A stretch of 64,000 bases of DNA from Alphaproteobacteria bacterium (GTDB lineage: Bacteria > Pseudomonadota > Alphaproteobacteria > UBA828): contig CBDCCI010000002.1 in NCBI GenBank assembly GCA_965214705.1, forward strand, positions 800,001 through 864,000, written 5' to 3'. The position numbers and the translations under genes were made by a program. A model generated the notes under the pieces. That model ran no database searches and was not told where the DNA came from. It saw nothing but the letters and a program-made list of their open reading frames with translations. Position 1 is the stretch's first letter, and every line of letters starts with the position of its first letter. Shown in pieces: positions 17,173-29,674 of the stretch.

Positions 17173-19709
<2,537 letters not shown>

Positions 19710-19774
19710 GTCTCGCCGGGGTCACGGCCAGCGCGGCACTGGCGCTGCGCGAACAGGACCAGATATGTTCATCC

Positions 19775-21343
19775 ATGGGCGCGAGAGATTCGGCGCCGCG
19801 CACGGTCGACCTGCTCGTCATCGGCGGCGGCATCAACGGCACCGGCATCGCGCGGGACGCAGCGGGGCGCGGCCTCGACGTGCTGCTGTGCGAGCAGGAC
19901 GATCTGGCCGCGCACACCTCCTCGGCCAGCACCAAGCTGATCCACGGCGGGCTTCGCTACCTGGAGCACCGCGACTTCCGGCTCGTGCGCCAGTCCTTGC
20001 GCGAGCGCGCGGTGCTCTTACGCATCGCCCCGCACATCGTCTGGCCGCTGCGCTTCGTGCTGCCGCATCACGCCGGGCTGCGCCCCTGGTGGATGATCCG
20101 GCTGGGGCTCTTTCTCTACGACCGCCTGGGCGGGCGTGGCCCGCTGCCGCCGTGTGCGAGCGTCGACCTCGGCAGCCACGCGAGCGGGCGCGCGTTGCAG
20201 GGGTGCTATCGCCGGGCCTTCGAATACTCCGACTGCTGGGTGCAGGATTCGCGGCTGGTGGTGCTGAACGCCCGCGATGCGCACGCCAGGGGCGCGGAGG
20301 TCCGCACCCGCACAGCGTGCGTCTCGCTCGCGTCCAGTGGCTCGACGTGGACGGCAGTCCTTGAGGACAAAGAGTCAAGAAAGCGCATCACCGTCGAGGC
20401 GCGGGGCGTCGTCAACGCGAGCGGGCCCTGGGTCGGGCGCGTCCGCTCGCTCGCGGGCGGGACCGAGGCGAAGCACGGGGTCAGGCTCGACAAGGGCAGC
20501 CACATCGTGGTGCGCCGGCTCTTCGACCACCCGCACCCCTACATCTTCCAGACCGGAGACGGCCGCGTACTGTTCGCGATCCCCTACGAGGAGGACTACA
20601 CCCTGCTCGGCACGACCGATGTCGAGTTCGAGGACGAGCCGGGGCGGGTCCATATCACGCCCGAGGAGGTCGACTACATCTGCGCCGCCGCCAATCTCTA
20701 TTTCGAGACTCCCGTCGCCCCGGACGACGTGGTGTGGAGCTACGCCGGCATCCGTCCGCTGCTCGACGATCACGCCGAGAACGCGAGCGAGGTTACCCGC
20801 GACTACGTGCTGCACCTCGATCAGGCTTCGGCGCCAATGCTCTCGGTCTACGGCGGCAAGATCACGACCTACCGCAGGCTTGCCGAGCAGGCGGTGGACC
20901 TGCTGGCGGGGCCTCTCGGTATCAGTGGATCGCGTTGGACGAGCGACGCGCCTCTCCCCGGCGGAGACATCCCCGGCGCGGACATCGGCGAATTCACCGC
21001 GCAATGCGCCGCGCGGTACTCATGGCTGCCGGAGGGGCTGCTCCGTCATTTCGTGCGCCACTACGGCACCGAGATGCACGTGCTGCTCAACGGCTGCGGC
21101 AGCATCGACGACCTAGGCGAGCACCTCGGGGCCGGGCTTTACGCGGCGGAGGTCGCGTATCTGGTCGAGCACGAGTGGGCCCGGACAGCCGAGGACATCC
21201 TGTGGCGCCGCACGCGCAAGGGCCTGGGCGTCTCCGCAGGCGGCGTCGAGCGACTGCAGGCGTACCTTGGGGAGACGTACGGCGAGCGGTTATTCTGTCT
21301 TAGCCCTCGCCCCGGTCTCGGCCGACGACCATCTCGCCCTTGA
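19775..21343 (+). CDS. glpD: Aerobic glycerol-3-phosphate dehydrogenase
   Basis: IGGGINGTGIARDAAGRG, TSSASTKLIHGGLRYLE, GGKITTYR and EDILWRRT. Confidence 0.93.
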   Translation: MGARDSAPRTVDLLVIGGGINGTGIARDAAGRGLDVLLCEQDDLAAHTSSASTKLIHGGLRYLEHRDFRLVRQSLRERAVLLRIAPHIVWPLRFVLPHHAGLRPWWMIRLGLFLYDRLGGRGPLPPCASVDLGSHASGRALQGCYRRAFEYSDCWVQDSRLVVLNARDAHARGAEVRTRTACVSLASSGSTWTAVLEDKESRKRITVEARGVVNASGPWVGRVRSLAGGTEAKHGVRLDKGSHIVVRRLFDHPHPYIFQTGDGRVLFAIPYEEDYTLLGTTDVEFEDEPGRVHITPEEVDYICAAANLYFETPVAPDDVVWSYAGIRPLLDDHAENASEVTRDYVLHLDQASAPMLSVYGGKITTYRRLAEQAVDLLAGPLGISGSRWTSDAPLPGGDIPGADIGEFTAQCAARYSWLPEGLLRHFVRHYGTEMHVLLNGCGSIDDLGEHLGAGLYAAEVAYLVEHEWARTAEDILWRRTRKGLGVSAGGVERLQAYLGETYGERLFCLSPRPGLGRRPSRP

Positions 21344-22637
21344 CGTAGACTGCGCGGACGGCGCGGTCGTCGCCCAGCATCATCAGCGCGAACAGCATGT
21401 CCTCCAGGCTCTCGGAGAGCTCGTTGCGGGCGGCCAGCACCGGCGTCGCGCACGGATCGAGGACGACGACATCGGCCCAGCATCCGGCATCGAGCGTGCC
21501 GATCTCGCTGTCGAGCCGAAGGCCACGCGCATTGCCCAGGGTGGCGAGGTAAAACCCGTCGAAGGCGTTGAAGCTGCAGCCCTTCAGCCTGGCGATCTTG
21601 TAGGCTTCGGCGAGCGTCTGGAGCAAGGAGTAGCTGGTGCCGCCGCCGATGTCGGTGGCGATGCCGACCCTGACCGGGCGCCGCGCCGCGCCCACGTGTT
21701 CGATGTCGAACAGGCCCGATCCCAGAAAGGCGTTCGAGGTCGGGCAGTGAACCACCAACGAGCCCGCGTCGTGCAAGGCCTGGCACTCGCGTTCCGAGAG
21801 GTGGATGCCGTGGGCGAAGACGCCGGTCTCGCCCACGAGGCCGAAACGCGCATAGACGTCGGTATAGTCCTTCGACCAGGGAAACAGCCGCTGCACTAAC
21901 TCGATTTCGGCGGCGCTCTCCGAGAGATGCGTGTGGAGCAGGCATCCGGGATGGTCCGCCAGCAGCGCGCCGGCCAGTCGAAGCTGCTCTTCGCTCGACG
22001 TGACGGCGAAGCGCACCGTGAGCGCGTAGCGTAGGCGGTCCACCTCGTGCCACGAGGCGATGAGCTCGGCGCTCTCCCGGGCGCTCGCCTCGGCGTTCTG
22101 AGTCACGGCCGGGGGCGCGTTGCAGTCCATCATGGTCGCCCCCGTCATCAGACAGAGGCCGCGCCGATTTGCCGCCCGAAAGAGGCAGTCGGCCGCGTTA
22201 CCGTGCACGGTGGAGAAGACGAGGGCGCTGGTGGTGCCGTGGCTCACGAGCTTGTCGAGAAAGCTCTCCGCAGCGGCCGCAGCATGGCCCTCGTCGGCGT
22301 ATCCCGCCTCCTCGGGGAAGGCGAATCGCTCGAGCCATTCAAGCAGGTCGTGCGCAGGCGCCGCCAGCATGCGGTGTTGCGGAAAGTGAACGTGCGCATC
22401 GATCAATCCCGGCAGAATGACCTCGCGGTCATAACGCTCGCAGGGAGCCTCGGCGTGCTCCCGCGGCAGCTCGGCGAAGGCGCCGTGCCACAGGATCCGG
22501 CCCTGCTGGCCCACGACCACCGCCCCGTCCTCGTGGCTCTGCATCGCCTGGTCGGGGCCGACGACGCGGGGATCGTCCCGGAAACTTACCGTGCGGCCGC
22601 GCAGAACCCGCGCCGCGGCATCGGCGCCCGCCGTCAT
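21300..22637 (-). CDS. guaD: Guanine deaminase
   Basis: PGLIDAHVHFPQ, LLEWL...FPEE, RFA, THLSES, HCPTSNAFLGSG, ATDIGGGT and GDDRAV. Confidence 0.92.
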   Translation of the reverse strand: MTAGADAAARVLRGRTVSFRDDPRVVGPDQAMQSHEDGAVVVGQQGRILWHGAFAELPREHAEAPCERYDREVILPGLIDAHVHFPQHRMLAAPAHDLLEWLERFAFPEEAGYADEGHAAAAAESFLDKLVSHGTTSALVFSTVHGNAADCLFRAANRRGLCLMTGATMMDCNAPPAVTQNAEASARESAELIASWHEVDRLRYALTVRFAVTSSEEQLRLAGALLADHPGCLLHTHLSESAAEIELVQRLFPWSKDYTDVYARFGLVGETGVFAHGIHLSERECQALHDAGSLVVHCPTSNAFLGSGLFDIEHVGAARRPVRVGIATDIGGGTSYSLLQTLAEAYKIARLKGCSFNAFDGFYLATLGNARGLRLDSEIGTLDAGCWADVVVLDPCATPVLAARNELSESLEDMLFALMMLGDDRAVRAVYVKGEMVVGRDRGEG

Positions 22638-23167
22638 CCCGCGACCCGATCCTCGATGCGGAAGCGCATGATGCGGCAGACGTTGTCGATCGCGTTCTCG
22701 ACTTCGACCTCTCGCCCGTTGGCGATACGCTCCTCGAAGGCGGCGAGGATCATCGCCGCCGTCGCGCCCTTGACCGCGAAGATGAAGGGAATCGCGAAGC
22801 GTTCCTTGTAGGCGGCATTGAGCGCGGTGAAGCGCTCGAACTCCTCTGGCGTCAGCCGGTCGAGGCCCGCGCCCGCCTGCTCCTTGCGGGAGTCCTCGCT
22901 CAAGTCGCCGGCGATCGCCGCCCGACCGGCGAGATCCGGATGCGCGCGCAGCACGGCCAGCCGTTCCTCCCGCGAAGCGTCGCGCAGGGCGGCGGCAAAG
23001 GCATCGGCGACCGCGTCACGGTCGGCGAAGGGGCGGGCGCCGGCGGCACGCTCGGCCACCCAGGGCGAATGCTCCGCCACGTCGCCGAACCGGGTGATGA
23101 AATCGGAGACGGCCATCCGGTTGAGATCGTCGATGGAGAGGAGCATGCCTGCCGCCTTGCCGCCCAT
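22634..23167 (-). CDS. uraD: OHCU decarboxylase
   Basis: EHSPWVA, LRAHPDLAG, SRKEQAGAGL, YKERFAIPFIFAVKG. Confidence 0.93.
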   Translation of the reverse strand: MGGKAAGMLLSIDDLNRMAVSDFITRFGDVAEHSPWVAERAAGARPFADRDAVADAFAAALRDASREERLAVLRAHPDLAGRAAIAGDLSEDSRKEQAGAGLDRLTPEEFERFTALNAAYKERFAIPFIFAVKGATAAMILAAFEERIANGREVEVENAIDNVCRIMRFRIEDRVAG

Positions 23168-23171
23168 CGTC

Positions 23172-24353
23172 CTACTTGTTGTCGTCGATCCAAGCGCCGA
23201 GTTGCGCGCGCTCTTCGTCCGTCATTTCGGTCTCGTTGCCCAGCGGCATGGTGCGGGTCTGAACCGTGAATTTGTCCACAAGTTCCGCGTGACGGTGAAG
23301 GTCGTCGATGGTTTCCAGCACCATGTCCTTGGGCGGCGTGTCGAAGCTCTCGTGGCTCGGGCTCGCGGCGTGGCAGGACACGCAGTGTTTGTCGACGATG
23401 GCCATGACCTCCACGTCTGAAACGTCGAGGTCCAGGCTCTCCCGCTGCTGAGGCGAGGTCAGCCACACTGCCGCGGCGAGGGCGACCAGCATGACAGGCA
23501 GAGTCCAGACGTATCGGGGAAACGGGTCGCCGGCCTCGTGGCGGACAAAGGCGTGGCGTAGGCCGGCACCGCCGACGATGACGAAGGCGACGATCAGCCA
23601 GGCTTGCGGGTGCGCCGACAGCATCGGGTAATGCCCGCCCACCATGGTCACGAGCACCGGCAGCGTCAGATAAGTGTTGTGGACCGAGCGCTGCTTGCCG
23701 ATGGCGCCGAACTTCGGGTCCGGCTCTTTCCCCTCCAGCAGCGCCTTGGTGATCTTCTTCTGGTTGGGAATGATCACCGCGAACACGTTGGCCGCCATGA
23801 GGGTGCCGATGAAGGCGCCGACATGGATCAACGCGGCGCGGCCGGAGAACACGTTGGTGTAGAGGTACGCCGCCAGGAGAATCCACAGGAATGTTACGAT
23901 GGCGAGCAGGGTGGGCCGCTTGCCGACGGGCGAGCGGCAGAGGCCGTCATAAGCGAACCAGCCGACGGCGAGGCTCCCCACCGAGATGCCGACCGCGTGC
24001 AGGGGCTCGAGGTCCAGGACCGCGGGATCGATCATCCACGTCCCGGCACTGAGGTAAAACTGGACGATCAGGAGCAGGAAGCCGGTGAACCAGGTCAGAT
24101 AGGCTTCCCACTTGAACCAGACCAGGTCGCCGGGCAGTTCCTTCGGCGCAACGGTGAACTTCTCGACATGATAGAAGCCGCCGCCGTGCACCTGCCACGC
24201 GGTGCCCAGCACGCCTTCCTTCATCTTCTCCCGCTTCCTCAGCTTGACGTCGAGAGCGATGAAATAGAACGAGGTGCCGATCCAGCCGATGCCGGCGATC
24301 ATGTGCGCCCAGCGAATCAGGAGATTGAGCCAGTCGAGGGCGAAGGCGGCCAA
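23172..24353 (-). CDS. puuD: Membrane urate hydroxylase PuuD with C-terminal cytochrome c
   Basis: RWAHMIAGIGWIGTSFYF, WQVHGGGFY, WFKWEAY, KQRSVHNTY and C-terminal CVSCH...MPLGN. TTG start. Confidence 0.92.
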   Translation of the reverse strand: MAAFALDWLNLLIRWAHMIAGIGWIGTSFYFIALDVKLRKREKMKEGVLGTAWQVHGGGFYHVEKFTVAPKELPGDLVWFKWEAYLTWFTGFLLLIVQFYLSAGTWMIDPAVLDLEPLHAVGISVGSLAVGWFAYDGLCRSPVGKRPTLLAIVTFLWILLAAYLYTNVFSGRAALIHVGAFIGTLMAANVFAVIIPNQKKITKALLEGKEPDPKFGAIGKQRSVHNTYLTLPVLVTMVGGHYPMLSAHPQAWLIVAFVIVGGAGLRHAFVRHEAGDPFPRYVWTLPVMLVALAAAVWLTSPQQRESLDLDVSDVEVMAIVDKHCVSCHAASPSHESFDTPPKDMVLETIDDLHRHAELVDKFTVQTRTMPLGNETEMTDEERAQLGAWIDDNK

Positions 24354-24376
24354 GCGCGTGTCTCCTCGCCTTCACG

Positions 24377-24615
24377 CTAGAGCATTATCCGAGCGAATAG
24401 GGGTCGTGCCCGGTCGGCGCACGGTCCCTGTCTCGCACGCAGTGCGGCCCGAGAACCCCCACCTCACCCCGGCCCTCTCCGCCCCCAGGGGCGGAGAGGG
24501 AGAGAAGGCTGTTGCCGTCTACGTCCCCCCTCCGCCCTCTGGGGGGAGGGGGACAGGGGGAGGTGGGAGTACCGCTCAGGCCGCCATGGTCCGGTACGGT
24601 CGAAATATGCACTAG
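24377..24615. mobile_element. MITE-like element with CTAG ends enclosing a REP doublet
   Basis: Ends CTAGAGCATTATCCGAGCGAATAGG ... CCGGTACGGTCGAAATATGCACTAG form an imperfect terminal inverted repeat (17/25). Inside are hairpins CCCTCTCCGCCCCCAGGGGCGGAGAGGG and CCCCTCCGCCCTCTGGGGGGAGGGG. Confidence 0.65.
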
Positions 24616-24704
24616 CCCGGTTGTCTCATCGCGGTCGTGAGCTGACCGGCGCACCGGGCCCGCCTCGCGGCAGGAACGGTGCGCCGGCCAGTATCGGTAA
24701 CGGA

Positions 24705-25775
24705 CTATTCAGGCAAGGTGTCGTCGACGCCCTGGACATACCAGTTGATGCCCGCGAGCGTCCCGTCGTCCATGACCTCGCCTTCGGGCACGGCCAACGT
24801 GCCGTCCTGCTTGTACACGGGCCCGGCGAAGGGGTTGAGCTCGCCGGAGGCGATTGCGGCTGCCGTCTCCGCTGCCGCCGCCGCGACGTCATCGGGCATG
24901 CTGGTGTAAGGCGCCATCACCACCGTGCCCGCGGCCATCCCGGTCCATGTGTCCCCCGACTCCCAGGTCCCGTCGAGCACCGCTTGGGCGCGCTCAACGT
25001 AGTAGGGGCCCCACTCGTCGATGATCGCCGTGAGCTGCGCCTTGGGCGCGAAGTGGATCATGTCGGAGGCCTGACCGAAGCCGAGCACGCCCTGTTCTTC
25101 GGCGATCTGCAGCGGCGCCGTCGAATCGGTGTGCTGGGTGATGATGTCGGCACCCTGGCCGATCAGCACCTTGGCGGCATCGGCTTCCTTGCCTGGATCG
25201 AACCACGTGTTGACCCAGACCACCTTGAGCTTGAAGTCCGGGTTCACGGTCTGCGCGCCCAGGATGAACGCGTTGATGCCCATCACGACCTCCGGAATTG
25301 GGAAGGACGCGATGTAGCCGGCAACCCCCGACTTCGACATCTTCGCGGCGATCTGGCCGATGACGTATCGGCCTTCATGGAAGCGCGCGTTGTAGGACGC
25401 GACGTTCTCGGACTGCTTGTAGCCGGTCGCGTGCTCGAACTTCACGTCGGGAAATCGCTTGGCGACCTTGATCGTCGGGTCCATGTAGCCGAAGGACGTG
25501 GTGAAGATCAGCCCGACACCCTGGCGCGCCAGTCGCTCGATCGCGCGTTCGGCATCCGGCCCCTCCGGCACGTTTTCGACGTACACGGTCTCGACCTGGT
25601 CACCCAGTGCCTCCTCGACCGCGAGACGCCCCTGGTCATGGGCGTAGGTCCAGCCATGATCGCCGATGGGCCCGATATAGATGAACCCAACCTTGAGCTT
25701 GTCGGCAGCGGACGCGGCACCCGCGGCGAATGTCATCGCCAGCGCGAGCGCGACCATTCCAATGAGCTTCTTCAT
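24705..25775 (-). CDS. BMP family (purine nucleoside) ABC substrate-binding protein
   Basis: KVGFIYIGPIGDHGWTYAHDQGR, TTSFGY, EHATGY and WFDPGKE. RBS AGGAGG before ATG 25775. Confidence 0.93.
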   Translation of the reverse strand: MKKLIGMVALALAMTFAAGAASAADKLKVGFIYIGPIGDHGWTYAHDQGRLAVEEALGDQVETVYVENVPEGPDAERAIERLARQGVGLIFTTSFGYMDPTIKVAKRFPDVKFEHATGYKQSENVASYNARFHEGRYVIGQIAAKMSKSGVAGYIASFPIPEVVMGINAFILGAQTVNPDFKLKVVWVNTWFDPGKEADAAKVLIGQGADIITQHTDSTAPLQIAEEQGVLGFGQASDMIHFAPKAQLTAIIDEWGPYYVERAQAVLDGTWESGDTWTGMAAGTVVMAPYTSMPDDVAAAAAETAAAIASGELNPFAGPVYKQDGTLAVPEGEVMDDGTLAGINWYVQGVDDTLPE

Positions 25776-25868
25776 GATGCCTCCTTTCACGTCAGCAAGT
25801 TTTCTTGCGGTGCAACGATTCATTCCGCCAACGTTCATCGTAACGCGCCGGCGGCCGGCCGTCCCACT

Positions 25869-26789
25869 CTACCTCTCGGGCGCGAAGGGCTGCCCGATCA
25901 TTGCGGGCGTGTTCATCCTGATCAAAGACCTGTTCCCAGAAATGATCACCAGCACCACTATCGTGACGAGGTAGGGCAGGGACGACAATAGCTGGGACGG
26001 GATTCCGACACCCAGACCCTGGACGTAGAGGCCCATGATCCAGACCGTGCCGAAGAGATAGGCCCCGATCAGCAGACGCCCGGGCAGCCACGTGGAAAAG
26101 ACCACCAGCGCGAGCGCGATCCAGCCGCGGCCCGCGCTCATGTTCTCGATCCACTGCGGTGTGTAGGCGAGCGCCAGATACGCGCCGGCGAGGCCCGAGC
26201 AGGCGCCGCCGAAGGCGATGCAGGCGTAGCGCACCCTGACCACGCCGTAGCCGAGCGCATGGGCGGAATGGTGATTGTTGCCCACTGCGTTGATGACCAG
26301 GCCGATCCGGGTGCGAAACAGCACGTAGCTGACCGCCGCGATCAGCGCCAGCGAGATGTAAACCAGGATGTCCTGGCCGAACAGGATCGGTCCGATGAAG
26401 GGGATGTCAGTGAGCAGGGGGATGTGGATCGATTCGAGCTTCTCGCCGGGAAGCCCCGTGAACCCTTCGCCAATCAGGCCGGACAGCCCCAGGCCCAGCA
26501 GAGTGAGCGACAGCCCGGTCGCAACCTGCGAAGTCATCAAGGTTTGGGTCAGAAAGGCGAAGAGCATCGACGTGGCGACGCCCGCGTAGAGCCCGACCAG
26601 AATGCCGAGCAGTGCCGAGCCGGTCGTGTAGGCGGCGGCGAAGCTGCAGACCGCGCCCATGATCATCATACCCTCGACGCCGAGGTTGAGGACGCCCGAG
26701 CGTTCCGTGACGAGCTCTCCGGTCGCCGCCAGCAGCAATGGCGTGGACGCCGTGATGATCGTCAGAATGACGGCTTCGAGGGCTTCCAT
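25869..26789 (-). CDS. Nucleoside ABC transporter permease
   Basis: TPLLLAATGELVTERSGVLNLGVEGMM and AGRGWIALALV. Confidence 0.92.
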   Translation of the reverse strand: MEALEAVILTIITASTPLLLAATGELVTERSGVLNLGVEGMMIMGAVCSFAAAYTTGSALLGILVGLYAGVATSMLFAFLTQTLMTSQVATGLSLTLLGLGLSGLIGEGFTGLPGEKLESIHIPLLTDIPFIGPILFGQDILVYISLALIAAVSYVLFRTRIGLVINAVGNNHHSAHALGYGVVRVRYACIAFGGACSGLAGAYLALAYTPQWIENMSAGRGWIALALVVFSTWLPGRLLIGAYLFGTVWIMGLYVQGLGVGIPSQLLSSLPYLVTIVVLVIISGNRSLIRMNTPAMIGQPFAPER

Positions 26790-26820
26790 TGACCGCTTCT
26801 CAGACCTCCCTGGCCATCGT

Positions 26821-27007
26821 CTGGTATTGGGTCTCGGAACTAAGGACCAATAGTAGCAACGCCCCCTTCTCGTCATGGCCGGGCTTGTCCCGGCCATCCA
26901 CCAGGGCACCCCCGTCTCGCCCGGCGGATCTGGATGCCCGGAACGAGTCCGGGCATGACGGTAGAAGGTGGAAATTACTCATGCGCATTTCCGGGACTCG
27001 ACATCAG
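26821..27007. mobile_element. MITE/REPIN-like element enclosing an alphaproteobacterial REP doublet
   Basis: Core CGTCATGGCCGGGCTTGTCCCGGCCATCCA ... TGGATGCCCGGAACGAGTCCGGGCATGACG (26871-26960). Outer 19-bp imperfect inverted repeats at 26821-26839 and 26989-27007. Confidence 0.65.
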
Positions 27008-28062
27008 TTGCGCACGAGCCTGATGCGGTAACGGATCAGCGTGTCGCAGGCCAGGATGAGGAACAGCAGCATGCCCTGGAACACCTGGGTCGTCTTGTCG
27101 GAGATGCCGAGTATCACCTGCACCCCCTCTCCGCCCATGTAGCTGATCGCGAGCAGGACGCCCGCGAAGAAGACGCCGATTGGGTTCAGGCGACCGAGAA
27201 AGGCGACGATGATCGCGGTGAAACCGTAGCCCGGCGAGACGTTCGGTTGCAGTTGCCCGCTCGGGCCCGCGACTTCGCAGATGCCGGCCAGCCCCGCGAG
27301 AGCGCCTGACAGCATGAAGCAGAACAAGACCACCCGCTTCCCCTTGAAGCCGGCGAACGAGCCGGCGCGCGGCGAGGTGCCGACGACGCGGATCTCGAAT
27401 CCGCGCAGCGTCCGTCCCATCATGAAGGCGACGATGATGACGGCGACGATGGCGAAGATGGCGCCGATATGCACCCGTCCCTCGCCCAGAGGCGGTATGA
27501 CCTGCCAGCCCTCGAACAATATGGACTGAGGGAAGTTGTAGCCGTCGGGGTCCCGCCAGGGGCCCCGTATCAGCCAGTCCAGCAGCAGCTGGGCGACGTA
27601 GACCAGCATCAGGCTGGTCAGGATCTCGTTGGCGGAGAAACGGTTCTTCAGGAACGCCGGGATCGCGGCGAAGAGCGCACCGCCCGCGATGCCGAGAACG
27701 AGCATGAGGATCAGGACCAGCGGCGACTGCCAGTCGGGGAAATAGATCGGGATGGAGGCGCCGATCAGGGCGCCCATCGTAAGCTGGCCCTCCGCACCGA
27801 TGTTCCAGACATTGGCGGTGTAGCAGACGGCGAGGCCGACTCCGATCAGGATGAGCGGCGCGGCCTTGACGATTACCTCTTCGATGGACCAGGCGCTGGT
27901 CAGCGGGTCGATGAAGTAGATGTAGAGCGCTTCGCCGGGATCGAACCCCAAGGCCACGAACATGATGGCGCCGAGCGCGAGCGTGATGCCGATCGCCAGC
28001 ACAGGCGACAGAAACGCCATCAGCGTCGAACGCTGGCTGCGCCTTTCCAGCCTGAGAATCAC
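27004..28062 (-). CDS. Nucleoside ABC transporter permease
   Basis: WNIGAEGQ, NEILTSLML and GYGFTAIIVAFLGRLNP. Confidence 0.92.
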   Translation of the reverse strand: MILRLERRSQRSTLMAFLSPVLAIGITLALGAIMFVALGFDPGEALYIYFIDPLTSAWSIEEVIVKAAPLILIGVGLAVCYTANVWNIGAEGQLTMGALIGASIPIYFPDWQSPLVLILMLVLGIAGGALFAAIPAFLKNRFSANEILTSLMLVYVAQLLLDWLIRGPWRDPDGYNFPQSILFEGWQVIPPLGEGRVHIGAIFAIVAVIIVAFMMGRTLRGFEIRVVGTSPRAGSFAGFKGKRVVLFCFMLSGALAGLAGICEVAGPSGQLQPNVSPGYGFTAIIVAFLGRLNPIGVFFAGVLLAISYMGGEGVQVILGISDKTTQVFQGMLLFLILACDTLIRYRIRLVRN

Positions 28063-29633
28063 GCCTCTGCCCCGCGCTCGACATCCCGGCCAGCTCTCTC
28101 GTGGGTGCCCGCCATCAGCAGGCCGATCCGTTCCGGGCTGAGCTCTCCCGCCGGGTAGGCGTCCGACAGCTCGCCGCGCGAGATCACCGCGATGCGATCG
28201 GCGACCTCGAAGATCTCGTCGAGGTCCTGGCTGATCATCAGCACCGCCGAGCCGCTCCGCGCCATGTCCACCAGGGACTGGCGAATGAACGCCGCCGCGC
28301 CCGCATCGACTCCCCAGGTCGGCTGATGCACCACCAGGATGCGAGGCCTGCGGGTCATCTCGCGGCCGACGACGAACTTCTGCAGGTTGCCGCCGGAGAG
28401 CGCGCTCGCTTCAGGATCGGCCAGGTTCTTGCGCACGTCGTAGTGCTCGGCGACGCCGGCCATCACATCCTTTGCCGCGCTACGGTTGATCAGGCCGTGC
28501 CGCACGACATCGTTACCGACGGCATGGTGGGTGAGAACGAGGTTCTCCGAGAGCGGAAGGTCCGCAATGGCGGCGTGGCCGACGCGCTCCTCCGGCACGA
28601 AGGCGGCATCGCGTCGGCGCCTCTGCGTGATGTTATCGCGGCCGCAGGGTGCGCCCGCCAGCTTGACCGCATCCGCAGACTTGCTCGTTCGCTCGCCCGA
28701 GATGGCGTCGAAGAGCTCCGACTGGCCGTTGCCCGCGACCCCCGCGATCGCGACGATCTCGCCGGACCGAACCGCGAGATCGATGCTCTTCAACGCAACG
28801 CCGAAGGGGTCATCGGTCGGCATGGAGAGGCCGTCGAGCTCGAGCAGAGGCGCCCCGGTTGCCGCACCGCTCCCCGACTGGAGTGCTGCGACGTCGGTGC
28901 CGATCATGTGCCTGGCGAGGGAGGCGGCGGATTCCTGCTGTGGATCGACCCGCGCCACCAGGCGTCCCAGGCGCAGGATCGTCGCGTCGTGGCAGAGGCG
29001 CTTCACCTCTTCCAGGCGGTGGGAGATGTAGAGCACCGCGCAGCCTTCGCCGGCCAGGCGCTCCAGGGTGACGAAGAGCTGATCCGCCTCCTGTGGAGTC
29101 AGGACTGCGGTGGGCTCGTCCAGGATCAGTAGGCGCGGCTCCTGCAAGAGGCAGCGCACGACCTCGATGCGCTGGCGCTCGCCCACCGAAAGATCCGCCA
29201 CGAGCGCGCCGGGCCGAAGCGGCAGGCCGTAGTCGGCGGAGACCGTCTCGATCCGCCCGGCCAGCGCCTTCAGGTCCCGCTCCCCCTTGAGCGCAAGCGC
29301 GATGTTCTGCGTGACGGTGAGCGCATCGAACAGCGAGAAGTGCTGGAACACCATGCCAATGCCCAGATCCCGCGCTGCCGCCGGATTCGAGATCGTCACC
29401 GGCGCGCCCTGCCAGAAGAGCGCTCCCGACGTGGGCTGCAGGGCACCGTAGATGATCTTCACCAGGGTGGACTTGCCGGCGCCGTTCTCCCCCAGCAGCG
29501 CGTGTATCTCGCCGGGCTTCAGGCTCAAGTCGATATCGTCATTGGCCCGAAGATCGCCGAAGAGCTTGACGATGTTGCGGGCTTCGAGAATGTACGCGCC
29601 CGCAGCCGTCTCGTTGCCGTTGTCCGCTGACAT
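28059..29633 (-). CDS. Nucleoside ABC transporter ATPase (two fused domains)
   Basis: GENGAGKST, LSVGERQRIE, DEPT, LSGGNLQK and QPTWGVD. Confidence 0.93.
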   Translation of the reverse strand: MSADNGNETAAGAYILEARNIVKLFGDLRANDDIDLSLKPGEIHALLGENGAGKSTLVKIIYGALQPTSGALFWQGAPVTISNPAAARDLGIGMVFQHFSLFDALTVTQNIALALKGERDLKALAGRIETVSADYGLPLRPGALVADLSVGERQRIEVVRCLLQEPRLLILDEPTAVLTPQEADQLFVTLERLAGEGCAVLYISHRLEEVKRLCHDATILRLGRLVARVDPQQESAASLARHMIGTDVAALQSGSGAATGAPLLELDGLSMPTDDPFGVALKSIDLAVRSGEIVAIAGVAGNGQSELFDAISGERTSKSADAVKLAGAPCGRDNITQRRRRDAAFVPEERVGHAAIADLPLSENLVLTHHAVGNDVVRHGLINRSAAKDVMAGVAEHYDVRKNLADPEASALSGGNLQKFVVGREMTRRPRILVVHQPTWGVDAGAAAFIRQSLVDMARSGSAVLMISQDLDEIFEVADRIAVISRGELSDAYPAGELSPERIGLLMAGTHERAGRDVERGAEA

Positions 29634-29674
29634 CGCGCTTATGTTCGTCCGCTCCGGCCCCGCGGCACGGGGCC

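Noticed and set aside
24456-24569. Possible riboswitch or ncRNA in the purine operon
   Set aside because: It has no purine-riboswitch core and matches a REP-type palindrome family, so it is reported as part of a MITE-like element.
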